This document shows, in pieces, positions 63,138-64,000 of a DNA stretch of 64,000 nucleotides. The translations under genes were made by a program, and so were the position numbers. The DNA comes from Lama guanicoe (taxonomy: Eukaryota). The stretch lies in assembly GCA_013239625.1 (NCBI GenBank), contig MU053379.1, positions 3,206,866 to 3,270,865 on the forward strand. Direction: 5' to 3'. Position 1 is the stretch's first letter. Each line of letters begins with the position of its first letter. The notes under the pieces were generated by a model. It ran no database searches, was not told the DNA's origin, and saw only the letters and a program-made list of their open reading frames with translations.

Positions 63138-63343
63138 ACACTACTCAGCCATGAAAAAGAAAGAATGCCATTTGCAGCAACATGGATGGACCTGGAGATG
63201 GTCTTTCTAAGTGAAGTCAGACAGAGAAAGACAAATATCATATGACATCACTTACATGTGGGATCTTTTAAAAAATGATACAAACGAACTTATTTACAAA
63301 ACAGGAACAGATCCACAGACTTGTGGTGACCAAAGGGGAAAGG
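63138..63343 (+). mobile_element. L1 3' fragment (cetartiodactyl type), truncated at both ends
   Basis: actactcagccatgaaaaag...atgccatttgcagcaacatggatggacctggag...aagtgaagtcagacagagaaagacaaatatcatatg. It closely parallels 31035-31250. Confidence 0.85.
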
Positions 63344-64000
63344 GTATTTACCGGACCGTGGCTGGCGGGCATCTCTGTGAGGCAGGACTCTTTATTCCCC
63401 TTCTTGTTGCTTCCTTCCTTGCGTGTTTAACAAGTGTGATTTTTTTTTTTTTTTTTTGCCAAAAGCATTAAAGCTGTAACAAAAGAAGAAGAAACCATTG
63501 CATTTGACTGCCGCGTTTCACAGCTGAGCAAAGGAGGCTTGGGGCCATGCTGCTGGGTCTGTGGCTCAGAGGCTGGTCAGCAGTGTGAGCCCTGGGGATG
63601 GAGCGGATGTCGCCTGCACACTCAGCTCAGAGCAGGCGAGGGACATAGCAGGCGGTGGAGCCCCATGAGGGGCAAGAGAGTAATGTAGTGTCCGGATCCA
63701 TCAGCTTATTTCTGTGTGTGAAAGTACGAGGGTGGAATGGTTCCGTGGATCTCAAATACTACGGAGAATTCTTGAACAAGCACTCAGTAAAGGTCATAAG
63801 GCGTACCACTCTGCAGGATAAGCTTGTAACTTGTTCACATAAACACACACCTCGGTAACTGCCGCCTGGATCAGGAGAGAGGATGCTTCAGCTCCTGCAA
63901 CTTGGTGCCCCACCCAGGCAGTAACCGCACACCCTCCCCACGGCCGCAAGGCTGTCCCTGTTCTGAATGCGATCACCATCGGTGACAGATCTTCCTCCAC

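Noticed and set aside
1..64000. ORF-track entries as host genes
   Set aside because: They are short, overlap on both strands and are low-complexity (P/G/R/S-rich). None has a recognisable domain or consistent exon structure, which is expected by chance in GC-rich mammalian DNA.
1..64000. Assigning a named locus or neighbouring developmental gene
   Set aside because: The architecture is suggestive but I do not recognise any specific sequence. It needs a BLAT/BLAST search.

Overview
This is mammalian (eutherian) non-coding DNA, very probably from a camelid (alpaca, llama or camel). Five copies of a tRNA-derived SINE have the head and tail of the camelid Vic-1-type SINE, and the young L1 3' ends are of the cetartiodactyl type. 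I can support no host protein-coding exon, rRNA, true tRNA or CRISPR array. The only ORF-track entries that resemble real proteins are decayed retroelement fossils: L1 ORF2 at about 28.2-29.0 kb and a CR1/L3-like reverse transcriptase at about 26.45-26.8 kb. An ERVL gag remnant at about 1.1-1.75 kb is visible only by manual translation. The window alternates ancient-repeat-rich stretches (MLT1/MLT2, LTR16/LTR33, MER21, L1M, L2, MIR, hAT MITEs) with multi-kb repeat-poor blocks rich in TAAT/TGACA motifs and three orphan CpG-island-like segments. This layout is typical of a gene desert or large intron around a developmental regulator, but I cannot name the locus from sequence alone. Old repeats show a visible A/T-to-G/C drift that suggests GC-biased gene conversion. 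There is one 61-nt assembly gap. Repeat family names come from recalled consensus sequences, and boundaries are approximate unless a target-site duplication (TSD) is given. I found no convincing novel gene system; the best leads are regulatory and evolutionary.
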